A stretch of 42,259 nucleotides of DNA from Candidatus Aminicenantes bacterium (GCA_016926835.1 JAFGNX010000038.1:1-42259); one strand, 5' to 3'. Positions 27,745 to 37,194 are shown, numbered from the stretch's first letter. A program made the numbers and translations. The notes: generated by a model not told the origin, from the sequence alone.

Positions 27745-27754
27745 GGCAGCCAAT

Positions 27755-30700
27755 ATGACAGCCATGAAAATCGTGTTTACCGGTGGCGGTACCGGTGGGC
27801 ATGTATACCCCAACATCGCCATCTACGAGACTGTCAAATCAGCAATACCACAGGCATCTTTTCTATACATCGGCACACGCGGGGGGGCGGAGGCGCGCAT
27901 TGTTCCCAAAATGCCCCAACCGATGGGATTTGTGACCGTACCGTCCATGGGTTTGCCCCAGAGAGTCCGCAGCCTGAAAACCGTTTGGGCGTTGGCGGTC
28001 ATGTTGGCGGGAACGGTAAAGAGTTATTTTGTTCTAAAACGTTTCCGCCCGGATGTTGTAGTGGGGAGTGGCGGCTATGTGGCGGCCCCGGTGATGCTGG
28101 CGGCATCAATATTGAAACTCAAAGTGTTTGTTCATGAACAGAACGCGGTGCCGGGACGCTTGAATCGCCTGATTTCGAGATACGCCAATCGAATCGGGGT
28201 TTCATTTGCTTCTTCAGCAAGGTTCTTCCCCAGTGAAAAAGTGACGGTTACCGGATATCCCCTGCGTCGTGCCATAACGGAATCAACTGCCGGCGACGTC
28301 CGGCGCAAGCTCGGAATTCCGATTTCCAACCGGGTGGTGTTTGTATTCGGCGGCAGCGGAGGAGCCCGTTCCATTAACCGGGCCATGATCGAATTGATCC
28401 CCATGCTGATTGCCCGCGATGGTTTGACCGTGATTCTTTCCACCGGCAGGGGGTATTCACGGGAATACAAGGCCTATGACGACACCATTCGCGGACTGGA
28501 ACGCATCGGTTGCCCAGTGGAAATCCCCGGGCGCCTGATCATTCGTGAGTACTTTGATAATATCGATGAAATTTACGCCGTAGCCGACCTGGTAGTATGC
28601 AGAGCCGGAGCGGGAACCATAAAAGAGATCACCACTGTGGGATTGCCGTCGATTGTGATTCCCAAGAGCGATCTTCCGGGTGACCACCAGATCCTGAACG
28701 CCATCGAAGTCGAGAAATCCGGCGGCTGCCGTGTCGTATATGAAGTGGTCAACCCAGTAACGGGACGCAGGGAATTGGATGTACCTGAAGTCACGCTGTT
28801 TCAGTCGATTATTGAATTGACCGGTGACGATGATGCCTTGCAATCGATGCGCGATGCACTGAAAGTCGCCGACCCGAGGGAAAGCAATGAAAAAATTCTC
28901 GCGGAGATAAAAGGCCTGGCCGTGGGCCGCCCCCAAGATGAAGAGCGGGAAGTTCGCGTGTTCTACCTCCAGGAACCCGAGAGTGAACTCACCCATGAAC
29001 TGGTGTTCGAAGCCACCACTGTGGGCAATACACTGTGGAGTGATATCAGCCTGGATACAGGTGGAGGCGAAGTCATGGCTGAAATCCGCCAACTTGGCGG
29101 TGGTGAGCGACTGATCATTAAGCCCAGAAGAGGCCCGGTCCTGGTGAATCATGAGCCGGTCGTGCAATGGGCGGAGTTGGCAACCGGGGATATGGTCGAG
29201 ATCGGATCATGTTCTCTGCAGTTGAAAAGCTATCAAGAGAAGATCAACAGCGTCCGCGATTTGAAATCCACCACCTCAATGATGATGGGTTCATCTCTGG
29301 GAATCGTTTTTTCGCGGCTCAGTGGTTTTATCCGGGAGATGGTTTCCGCGGCTGTTTTCGGAGCCGGTCGCGCGATGGATGTGTTTGCCGTGGGGCTGAC
29401 GGTCTCAAATTTTATGCGGCGGGTCGTGGCGGAGAACGCCCTGGACAATGCTTTCCTGCCGATTTTTCTACGTCTTTTTCACCGCAGCTCCCGCAAAAAG
29501 ACCTGGGAGGCCTCATCTTCTCTCATCAACTTTACACTGCTGATTTCCCTGATGTTGACCATTACCGGCATCCTGATTACACCCCTTTTGATTCGATGGC
29601 TGTATCCGGGTTTCGGGATCAAGGGCATCACGGGACTTGCCGTGAATATGACGCGTTTCATGTTTCCATACCTGTTTCTGGTGACGGTGGCCGCCATACT
29701 CGCGGTGTGGTTGAAAGCGTTCAACCGCTTCGGACTGGCGGAATCATCAGCGGCGCTTTTTTCAATCGGCACCATTGCCGGAATTCTCATGGGACACGCC
29801 TGGCTGGGTGTTTATTCACTGGCATTCGGCGTATTGTTGGGAGGGTTGTTGCAGATCGTTTTCCTTATTCCATTCACTTTGCGTATCCTGAGACAACCGT
29901 CCCTGGGGTTTTTCCATCGCCCCCATATCCATTTTTCCAGCACGGTCAACAAGAAGTATTATCGGCAACTTGGGCCCATCTCGCTGGATGTGTTTCTGTC
30001 CAACACATCTGAAATCGTGAATCAATCGCTGGCTTCGCTTCTGCCAAGCGGTTCCATCTCGTTTCTCTATTTTTCACGCCGCATATTCAGCTTGCCTTTC
30101 GCCGTGATCTCTCAAGCCATAAACAGTGTCATCCTGAGGCAATTTTCCGCAAAAATCGCCCTGTTCGACCGTGACAGAGCCAAACGACTTTTTGTTGACG
30201 GGATCCGTATCAATCTCTTTCTCCTGGTTCCGGTATCCATCCTCATGATTTACCTTGCCAATCCGCTGGTTTCATTGCTGCTTCAACGCCATAGTTTCGA
30301 TGCGATCGCAGTCAGTCGCACGGCATATGCTTTGCAGTTTTACGCCATCGGCCTGGTGGGGTGGGGGATTCATTCTTTAACGGTCCGCATATTTTCAGCG
30401 CGACTGGATATTCAGACCTCGATGAAGCTGAATTTTTTTATGCTGGCAGGCAACATCGTTCTGGCTGTGTTGCTGGTGAGAACATCGCTGGGTTATGCCG
30501 GATTGGCACTGGCCGCTTCCATTTCGTACATGGTGTTTGCGGTGATCCGCATCGTGGTATTGCGGCAACGTCTGTTGCGTGAAGAGATTCAGGTGGAAGC
30601 GGGACAATTGCTCGTCAGTCTGGCCAAAACCGCAGGGGCGGCTGTGATGATGGTCATTGTACTGGCGGAGTCCCGCCAGTTGTTCGCGCGTATTGTTTTT

Positions 30701-31525
30701 GAATCCCGGATCCTGGAACATACGGTCACCCTGCTTTCCCTTTCTTTTGTTGGTATGGCGGTCTATCTCCTCACCTCTTTGCTGTTGAAAAACACCGAGA
30801 TTCTTTTCTTCCGCAGCCGCTGGTTGCGGCCGTCCGTGCAACCGCCGATTTCAATGCTATCGCCTTTTCGTTTTCTGGAGCGGGTTTCCGGTGATCCCAA
30901 TAAATATCGCCGTGACTTCCATTACAAGATCAATCTGTACTGTTCCAGCCCGGAGTGGGAAATCCGCAATGTGGGTGTCAAGTTGATCGGTCTGTTTCAC
31001 GACACATCAAAAGTTTCCCTGCTCATCAATCTGCTTCGCGATGCCGGGGAAAAAGGATTTATCCGGCGCAACGCCCTGACTGCATTGTCACAGATGAAGA
31101 GCTGGGATCCCGAATGGCCGCCACTGTTTCGCCGCCTGCTGCAGGATACTTATTATGAAGTGAGGGTGGCCGCGCTCAAACACCTGACGCTGACATTGTC
31201 GGATGACGACTATGCGGATTTCAGCGACCTGGTGAGGAAACGCTTGCGTCGCGGCGGTGTAGAAGAATGCCTGGCTGCCATGGAGCTGGTGGCCAATCAC
31301 GGCGAAAAAGAAGACCTGGATTTCATGGAGCCGTTTTTCCTGCATTCCAATTCACGGATTCGCGAGGGTTTGCTGGAATTATTCCGCGCTTTTCATCGTC
31401 GTGGCCGGTTAACCGGGGAAGAGGTCAAGAATTTGATCGCGCGTGTATTGATCACGTCCAACAACCTGCAACCCGAGTTCCGGCTCAAGGCCTTGATTCG
31501 GCGGATTTACGAGGAGATCGGTTAA
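27755..31525 (+). CDS. murG/murJ: Fusion protein: MurG glycosyltransferase + FHA-like domain + MurJ/MviN lipid II flippase + C-terminal HEAT-like repeats (1256 aa)
   Basis: Single uninterrupted frame with four modules. MurG (nt ~27764-28921): GGGTGGHVYP, HEQN, GGSGGA, CRAGAGT, DHQILNA. FHA-like (28949-29230). MurJ (29267-30820): SRLSGFIREMVSAAVFGAGRAMDVF...AENALDNAFLPIF plus multiple TM segments. HEAT-like (30821-31522): EWEIRNVGVKLIG, YYEVRVAALKHL, NSRIREGLLELF. Confidence 0.85.
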   Translation: MTAMKIVFTGGGTGGHVYPNIAIYETVKSAIPQASFLYIGTRGGAEARIVPKMPQPMGFVTVPSMGLPQRVRSLKTVWALAVMLAGTVKSYFVLKRFRPDVVVGSGGYVAAPVMLAASILKLKVFVHEQNAVPGRLNRLISRYANRIGVSFASSARFFPSEKVTVTGYPLRRAITESTAGDVRRKLGIPISNRVVFVFGGSGGARSINRAMIELIPMLIARDGLTVILSTGRGYSREYKAYDDTIRGLERIGCPVEIPGRLIIREYFDNIDEIYAVADLVVCRAGAGTIKEITTVGLPSIVIPKSDLPGDHQILNAIEVEKSGGCRVVYEVVNPVTGRRELDVPEVTLFQSIIELTGDDDALQSMRDALKVADPRESNEKILAEIKGLAVGRPQDEEREVRVFYLQEPESELTHELVFEATTVGNTLWSDISLDTGGGEVMAEIRQLGGGERLIIKPRRGPVLVNHEPVVQWAELATGDMVEIGSCSLQLKSYQEKINSVRDLKSTTSMMMGSSLGIVFSRLSGFIREMVSAAVFGAGRAMDVFAVGLTVSNFMRRVVAENALDNAFLPIFLRLFHRSSRKKTWEASSSLINFTLLISLMLTITGILITPLLIRWLYPGFGIKGITGLAVNMTRFMFPYLFLVTVAAILAVWLKAFNRFGLAESSAALFSIGTIAGILMGHAWLGVYSLAFGVLLGGLLQIVFLIPFTLRILRQPSLGFFHRPHIHFSSTVNKKYYRQLGPISLDVFLSNTSEIVNQSLASLLPSGSISFLYFSRRIFSLPFAVISQAINSVILRQFSAKIALFDRDRAKRLFVDGIRINLFLLVPVSILMIYLANPLVSLLLQRHSFDAIAVSRTAYALQFYAIGLVGWGIHSLTVRIFSARLDIQTSMKLNFFMLAGNIVLAVLLVRTSLGYAGLALAASISYMVFAVIRIVVLRQRLLREEIQVEAGQLLVSLAKTAGAAVMMVIVLAESRQLFARIVFESRILEHTVTLLSLSFVGMAVYLLTSLLLKNTEILFFRSRWLRPSVQPPISMLSPFRFLERVSGDPNKYRRDFHYKINLYCSSPEWEIRNVGVKLIGLFHDTSKVSLLINLLRDAGEKGFIRRNALTALSQMKSWDPEWPPLFRRLLQDTYYEVRVAALKHLTLTLSDDDYADFSDLVRKRLRRGGVEECLAAMELVANHGEKEDLDFMEPFFLHSNSRIREGLLELFRAFHRRGRLTGEEVKNLIARVLITSNNLQPEFRLKALIRRIYEEIG

Positions 31526-31527
31526 AC

Positions 31528-32625
31528 ATGGTTCATTGGATCATTGAATGGATGGGATCGATTCCCGGGCAACGACTGTTCGGCTATATTAGTTTCCGCG
31601 CCCTTCTGGCCATGCTGACGGCTTTTATCATGGGGGTGGTTCTGGGCCGTCACTTGATCAATATCATTTTTCAACTGCGTTTTCGAGATCGTATTCGGGA
31701 TTACGGAGATATATCCAGTCGTGATAAAGAAGGCACTCCCACCATGGGGGGACTGATCATATTCCTGGCGTTTCTGGTGGCGGTGTTGTTGTGGTGCCGC
31801 TTGGACAACATGTTCGTGGGGATAGTCGTGTTCGCGTCTTTCTGGTTTGTTTCCCTCGGTTTTTTTGACGACTATCTGAAGCATTTGCGCGGCCACAGTG
31901 ACGCCGGGCTGAGCCGTACCGCCAAATTGTTTTTTCAGGCCGTTTTCGGATTGATCCTGGCATTGCTGGTTCTGTCTCCGGAAAGCACACCTTTCCCCGC
32001 CGAAATCGCCAAGAGCCTGTTTGTTCCTTTTTTTAAGAACCCTGTCGTGGATTTGGGATTTTTTTATTATCCCTTTGTGATTCTTACCGTGATCGCCATA
32101 TCCAATTCAATTAACTTTGCGGACGGATTGGACGGCTTGGCAACCGTTCCCGTGGCATTGCTGGCGGCGGTTTACGCAATTTTTGCGTACATTATCGGTA
32201 ATGCCGTCATTGCTGAGTATCTGCTGTACCCGTTCGTATCCGGATCCGGGGAACTGGTTGTGGCCATGGCGGCGCTGGTTGGCGGGTTGGCTGCTTTCCT
32301 GTGGTTCAACACGTATCCGGCTCAGATTTTCATGGGAGATACGGGCGCCATGTTTCTCGGCGGAGTCATCGGCACCACAGCCGTATTGCTGAAAAAGGAA
32401 TTGCTGTTTGTGATCGCCGGAGGGATTTTCGTACTGGAGTTTCTTTCCGTGTTTATCCAGGACTACGTCGGGATCAAGTGGTTGAAACGCCGCATCTTCT
32501 ATCGCGCTCCCATTCATCACACGTTTCAATTCCTGGGTATTGCCGAACCCAAGATCGTGATCCGGTTCTGGATTGTTTCTGTGTTATTTGCCTTGATCAG
32601 CCTCATCAGTATCAAATTGCGATAA
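31528..32625 (+). CDS. mraY: Phospho-N-acetylmuramoyl-pentapeptide transferase
   Basis: KEGTPTMGG, NFADGLDGLA, FMGDTGAMFLGG and APIHHTFQ are present. GAGGAG Shine-Dalgarno lies upstream. The ATG is 3 nt after the fusion gene's stop. Confidence 0.92.
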   Translation: MVHWIIEWMGSIPGQRLFGYISFRALLAMLTAFIMGVVLGRHLINIIFQLRFRDRIRDYGDISSRDKEGTPTMGGLIIFLAFLVAVLLWCRLDNMFVGIVVFASFWFVSLGFFDDYLKHLRGHSDAGLSRTAKLFFQAVFGLILALLVLSPESTPFPAEIAKSLFVPFFKNPVVDLGFFYYPFVILTVIAISNSINFADGLDGLATVPVALLAAVYAIFAYIIGNAVIAEYLLYPFVSGSGELVVAMAALVGGLAAFLWFNTYPAQIFMGDTGAMFLGGVIGTTAVLLKKELLFVIAGGIFVLEFLSVFIQDYVGIKWLKRRIFYRAPIHHTFQFLGIAEPKIVIRFWIVSVLFALISLISIKLR

Positions 32626-32631
32626 CGGAAA

Positions 32632-33252
32632 GTGAACATGACACGGAGCGACTCAACCCTTCAGTTTGTACTGCAATTTCTCAGCCGTCATGTCGGTGAA
32701 TGGATGGCATACCTCGGTGTCCGGGCCGCTGTGATGCTGGCAGCCGTGCTAGTGCTCTCATTGATGCTTGTGCTGGGAAGAACGGTATTCCCGGTGTGGT
32801 TTATCTTCATGTTTCCGCTTCCTCCGCTCTTGTTCATTTGTGCGAGACCTGTATTGCGTCGCAAAGAGTGGCGCTTGATGTCTCTTTTTCTCCATGATAC
32901 AACCCGTGCACCCATACCGCGGCGGGGGGTGTTCCAGTTGTGGTTGCCCGCCGCACTGGACGCTCTTGCCAGGGATTCGGGAGCAACCTTTTCCAGTACA
33001 GATCGGTCACGAATGATGAGACGTTGGCGATTGGAACGAATGGCCCTTGAATTGCTCGCGCTGCTGCCATTTCTGGGTGTCGGCGTCGCCCTGGCGTGGC
33101 ATGCGCCCTGGCCGCTGCTGGTCTACGTGATCGTGAGCGCGATGGTTGTGGGATGGGGGTTCGCCGCCGGGAGTCTGGCGCCGGTGTTCATCCTGGTGCT
33201 GACGGCACGGGCCTTTCCCGAAGCATGCGGCGAAAATTCAATCATTGAATAA
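32632..33252 (+). CDS. Hypothetical integral membrane protein (about 4 TM)
   Basis: 206-aa ORF starting 7 nt after mraY (GTG 32632 or ATG 32638). It has hydrophobic segments and no motif I recognise. Confidence 0.5.
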   Translation: MNMTRSDSTLQFVLQFLSRHVGEWMAYLGVRAAVMLAAVLVLSLMLVLGRTVFPVWFIFMFPLPPLLFICARPVLRRKEWRLMSLFLHDTTRAPIPRRGVFQLWLPAALDALARDSGATFSSTDRSRMMRRWRLERMALELLALLPFLGVGVALAWHAPWPLLVYVIVSAMVVGWGFAAGSLAPVFILVLTARAFPEACGENSIIE

Positions 33253-34764
33253 GCGCTGCGAGCGGTATTGCAGGGCCTCTTGAATATGGCGGGTGATGAT
33301 TCGGGTTGAATTCTCAAGGTCCGCGATTGTGCGGCCGGTTTTCAGGATGCGGAAATAGGCCCTGGCACTCAAGCGGAAGCGTTCCACCGCGGTTTGCAGA
33401 AACCGTTCAGCCTCTTCAGACAGCTTGCAATGACGCCGGATCTGCGGGTTGTCCATCTGGCCGTTGGCAAAGATGTGGGTATCAGAATCCTTCTGGAATC
33501 GTTTCAACTGGATGTTCCGTGCCTGGTCAACTCGTTGACGAATCAAGTCGGATGCTTCCGCCGGTTGGCCGGCGGCGATATGTTGCACGGGGACCCTGGG
33601 CACTTCGATCTGCAAATCGATCCGGTCCAGTAACGGGCGGCTGATGCGGTTACAATTGTGGTAGCGGTTCCCGCCTGAACCCGGTTGGCCCAAATCCGGG
33701 TTGCTTTCGGACCAGGGATTCATGGCCGCCACCAGCATGAAGCGGGCGGGGAATGTGGCTGAAGTCAGGGCGCGGGAGATCGTGATGCATCCATCTTCCA
33801 TGGGTTGACGCAAGACTTCGAGGGCCGAGCGGCGGAAAAGCGGCAATTCATCCAGAAAAAGAACACCATTGTGAGCCAGAGAGATTTCTCCAGGCGCAGG
33901 CATTTTCCCGCCGCCACTGATTCCCACTGCGGAAATGGTATGGTGAGGTGAACGAAACGGGCGATCACTTTTCAGACCGGTGCCGCGGTTGAGGAGGCCG
34001 GCAACACTGTAGATCAGAGATGTTTCCAGAATTTCTTCCCGGGTCATTTGCGGCAGAATGGATGGCAAGGCTTTGGCCAGCATGGATTTCCCTGATCCCG
34101 GAGGGCCGACCATCATGACATTATGAAATCCGGCGGCGGCGATCTCCAGTACCCGTTTGGCGGTATATTGCCCGTGAATGTATTTGAAGTCCGCTGCTGC
34201 GTAGTGATGGGCAACCAAAACCTGCGCGGATTCCGGGCGGAAGTGATTCTGATTCAGGAGAAAGGCCATAACGGATCTCAAATCATCGAAGCCGTATACT
34301 TCAATACCATTCACGTGCGCGGCTTCAGGGGCATTGGCTTTGGGCAGCACTACACCACGCAGATTATTTTTTCGCGCAAATACGGCCAGATTCAGTGCGC
34401 CGCGCACCGGTTTCAAACAGCCGTCCAGGTCGAGTTCTCCGGCGTATAAAAAGTCGGTCAGACGCACGCTTTCATGGACATGAAATTGATGGGAAAGCAC
34501 TGCGGCGGCCATGGGGAGATCGAAAGAAGAACCCTCTTTTCGCAAGTCGGCGGGGCTGAGATTGATTACGATCTTAGTGCCCGCCGGAAACTCGTAACCG
34601 GCGTGACGCACCGCGAAACGAATCCGCTCACGGCTCTCCCGCACTGCACTGTCCGGCAAACCAACAATGGTTATTCCGGGAATTCCCCGGGAGAAACCGG
34701 CCTCAACGTCTACGGCAACAACCTCGAGGCCGCAGATAGAAGCACTGCGGATGCGGCTGATCAT
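33238..34764 (-). CDS. comM: YifB/ComM-family Mg-chelatase-like AAA+ ATPase
   Basis: 508 aa with a Lon-protease-like N-domain, Walker A GPPGSGKSMLA, and FLDELPLF...LRQPMEDG. Confidence 0.9.
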   Translation of the reverse strand: MISRIRSASICGLEVVAVDVEAGFSRGIPGITIVGLPDSAVRESRERIRFAVRHAGYEFPAGTKIVINLSPADLRKEGSSFDLPMAAAVLSHQFHVHESVRLTDFLYAGELDLDGCLKPVRGALNLAVFARKNNLRGVVLPKANAPEAAHVNGIEVYGFDDLRSVMAFLLNQNHFRPESAQVLVAHHYAAADFKYIHGQYTAKRVLEIAAAGFHNVMMVGPPGSGKSMLAKALPSILPQMTREEILETSLIYSVAGLLNRGTGLKSDRPFRSPHHTISAVGISGGGKMPAPGEISLAHNGVLFLDELPLFRRSALEVLRQPMEDGCITISRALTSATFPARFMLVAAMNPWSESNPDLGQPGSGGNRYHNCNRISRPLLDRIDLQIEVPRVPVQHIAAGQPAEASDLIRQRVDQARNIQLKRFQKDSDTHIFANGQMDNPQIRRHCKLSEEAERFLQTAVERFRLSARAYFRILKTGRTIADLENSTRIITRHIQEALQYRSQRLFND

Positions 34765-34802
34765 TTGTCCTCCCCCCGGTCAGCCGCCGTGCGTCTTGAT
34801 CA

Positions 34803-34831
34803 ATTGTAGGAGAAGCGATCATGGTTGTCAA
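34803..34831 (-). promoter_or_regulatory. comM promoter
   Basis: Minus strand: TTGACA (34831-34826), a 17-nt spacer, TACAAT (34808-34803). GGGGGGAGG Shine-Dalgarno precedes ATG 34764. Confidence 0.5.
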
Positions 34832-34900
34832 CCGGAGAAGCGGGGGTTCACCGGAGTTAAGATCAGAGTTATTGATGGAACGATGTTGTATAGCGGAATA

Positions 34901-35917
34901 TCAGCGTTTGAGGTCGAAAACCAGAGTGACTTTACGGGTTTCCGGATCCAGGTTCAAATCGATGCTTTGAATGACACTTTTCTGAGAGTTGCGGATGTCC
35001 ACGGTTAAATGTGAATCATTAACGGGAAGTTTCTGGATCAGGGTCAGACGTGATTTGTCTTGATCCTCACTCAGGAACTGGGCTGCCAGTTCCCGGATGG
35101 AATGCATGACCGAATCGTCTCCTTTCCCGTTTGATGGTTCTTTTGCGGTTTCCGCCGGGACGTCGGCAGGGGATTGAGAAGCGACTTGGGAAAGCGGCCG
35201 GCTTTTCAGATCATCCAGGCGATCCACGGAAAACTTGCGCATCGGCAGGGCGTTTTTCTCAATGATCTCCTGACGGATATTGGTGTCGAACTGGACCGGC
35301 ATGCTGACAGTGGCGGAAAGACCTTGCTGGGCGTGGATAGAGGCCTTGATCAGAGCCAGTGTTTTACTGGAAATTTCCCGCAGGGTTTCAATGACACCGT
35401 TTCCCGTTGTGGCTACCGCCTCAAAATAGGGTGCATTGAACTCATTCAGGGTCTGGTTCAGTACAACCGTTGGAATGATGTTGCCCAGGTCACGTTTGTT
35501 GTATTGGAAAACCAGCGGGATCTTTGCGATGCTTTTTCCGCAGGCCGCGAGATTCACCTTCAGATTCTCCAGGCTCTGGGTATTTGCCTGCCCCATGAGT
35601 TCCTGTGAGTCCGCCACGAAAACCACGCCATCGGCTCCCTTGAGCACGAGTTTGCGCGTGGCGTCGTAAAAAATCTGCCCCGGAACGGTGTACAACTGGA
35701 ATTTTGCCTGGTATCCCTTAATCAGGCCCACGTTCATGGGCAATAGGTCAAAAAACAAGGTGCGTTCAATATCGGTTTCAATGCTGACCAATTCTCCCCG
35801 GCTTTTGGGATTGGTGACGGAAAATATGTACTGCAGATTGGTGGTTTTACCGGACAGACCGGGGCCGTAATACACAATCTTGGCGGTCACCTGTTTTGCG
35901 GCATGGTTGATGAACAT
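34901..35917 (-). CDS. MglA-like Ras-superfamily GTPase with a ~140-aa C-terminal extension
   Basis: MFINHAAKQVTAKIVYYGPGLSGKTTNLQYIF...RTLFFDLLP...LYTVPGQIFYDATRKLVLKGADGVVFVADSQ...QYNKRDL is nearly colinear with Myxococcus MglA as I recall it. A further ~140 aa follow. Confidence 0.8.
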   Translation of the reverse strand: MFINHAAKQVTAKIVYYGPGLSGKTTNLQYIFSVTNPKSRGELVSIETDIERTLFFDLLPMNVGLIKGYQAKFQLYTVPGQIFYDATRKLVLKGADGVVFVADSQELMGQANTQSLENLKVNLAACGKSIAKIPLVFQYNKRDLGNIIPTVVLNQTLNEFNAPYFEAVATTGNGVIETLREISSKTLALIKASIHAQQGLSATVSMPVQFDTNIRQEIIEKNALPMRKFSVDRLDDLKSRPLSQVASQSPADVPAETAKEPSNGKGDDSVMHSIRELAAQFLSEDQDKSRLTLIQKLPVNDSHLTVDIRNSQKSVIQSIDLNLDPETRKVTLVFDLKR

Positions 35918-35957
35918 GAACGGCTCGTCTCGATTCTGCCACGATCGTGCGGTTGTG

Positions 35958-37187
35958 TCAAGGCCGCTTCTCCGGTCTGTCCGGCATGAACTGTTCATAT
36001 ATATCCGGATAATATTGTCGCAACCAGGTCAGGTAGCGGCGGGCGTCCCTTTCACCGCATTTCCACTGGCCGGTAATCAAACCGTCCCGTTCCATCCGCA
36101 GCAAATTCTGTTTGCCTCTGATTCCCGGAAATGAGGGGAAAGAGTGTTGGAGGAGGGTTCCGGGCAATGGCACAAAATGGTGAACCTGAGCGTGGATCCG
36201 GTGATTGCGGTGCATGCGGCGAACGAAATTCAGGGTGGTTTCCAACTCATCCGGCGTTTCATCGGGGAAGCCCACCATCACATCAAGGTTGACCCCGAAT
36301 CCAGCCTCATTCGCCACAATTATCGATGCCTCTACATCATCGGGCGTGTGTCCGCGTCGCAGGCGGCGCAAACGCTCCGGACAGCCGCTCTGAGCTCCCA
36401 GGGTCAGGCGGCGGTGTGATACGTGTTTACGCAGAAGTTGTGACCACTCGCGATTCAGGGACCCGGGACGGATCTCGCTGGGGAAGATGCCGTATTCGAT
36501 ATATTCAAAACAGAAGCTGCGGGCGGATGCCAGTAATTCCGCCACTGACTCCCGCGGATCTGTTCCCACCCGGGGGTCAATGTATTCCAGCGCCGAGGGT
36601 GAGATGAAATTCGCACGCCTGGCGCCGCGGTCATGAAGTTGATCCAAATAACATCGCACCGACTCCAGAGATCGAAAGCGGGGGGGGCCTGACAGAGGAA
36701 CAGCGCAATAGGTGCAATTGTGAACACATCCCCGCATCAGTTCCAGGGGCGGTAATGTGCGGATTGAACGGGAAATGGGGAGCCAGTTGGAGATGTCGTT
36801 TCCCCGGCCGCCGTTGTATTCCGTTTGCAGCTCCAGGCCGTTTGCCAAATCCCGGGCGAGTGGCGGAAGCGCCGCCTCGCCGTCACCGGTGATGATGGAA
36901 TGAAACCCGATGCGGCGGGTAAACCCGGGCGCTGCAGAGGCATGGGGTCCGCCGGCCACCAGAATCACGCCTTTTTCGCGCAGGGAAAGAATCTCCCGGT
37001 GAAGATCCGGTAACTGGGTTGACAGGAAAGAAAAGAGCACGACATCTTTGGGCCGTGCTTCTGCGGGGGGGGTGTTCACCACTTGAATGGCGGGGGCGCC
37101 GGGGATGGCCTCCCAGGCATTGAGCAGCAGGGGAGCGCTCAGGCGGGTCAGCGGCGTCAGCCGGAAAAAAACACGCGCATTCGGCAT
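35958..37187 (-). CDS. B12-binding-domain-type radical SAM protein
   Basis: CVHNCTYC (CX3CX2C) is preceded by a Rossmann-like N-domain (VILVAGGPHASAAP). The preferred start is ATG 37187 (MPNARVFF) because of the promoter geometry. Confidence 0.78.
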   Translation of the reverse strand: MPNARVFFRLTPLTRLSAPLLLNAWEAIPGAPAIQVVNTPPAEARPKDVVLFSFLSTQLPDLHREILSLREKGVILVAGGPHASAAPGFTRRIGFHSIITGDGEAALPPLARDLANGLELQTEYNGGRGNDISNWLPISRSIRTLPPLELMRGCVHNCTYCAVPLSGPPRFRSLESVRCYLDQLHDRGARRANFISPSALEYIDPRVGTDPRESVAELLASARSFCFEYIEYGIFPSEIRPGSLNREWSQLLRKHVSHRRLTLGAQSGCPERLRRLRRGHTPDDVEASIIVANEAGFGVNLDVMVGFPDETPDELETTLNFVRRMHRNHRIHAQVHHFVPLPGTLLQHSFPSFPGIRGKQNLLRMERDGLITGQWKCGERDARRYLTWLRQYYPDIYEQFMPDRPEKRP

Positions 37188-37194
37188 GAACCCC

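Noticed and set aside
26561-27802. 413-aa minus-strand ORF, and the related 196-aa ORF at 26316-26906
   Set aside because: Both are antisense to the acyltransferase gene, whose four family motifs are clear. Their composition is Arg/Pro/Gly-rich, as expected of out-of-frame translation. Only the short tail of the 196-aa ORF that lies in the non-coding gap is discussed, in the findings.
28457-30012. 236-aa minus-strand ORF and 281-aa alternative-frame plus-strand ORF inside the murG-murJ fusion
   Set aside because: They overlap the frame that carries the complete MurG and MurJ signatures. They have no motifs of their own and are shadow or alternative-frame ORFs.
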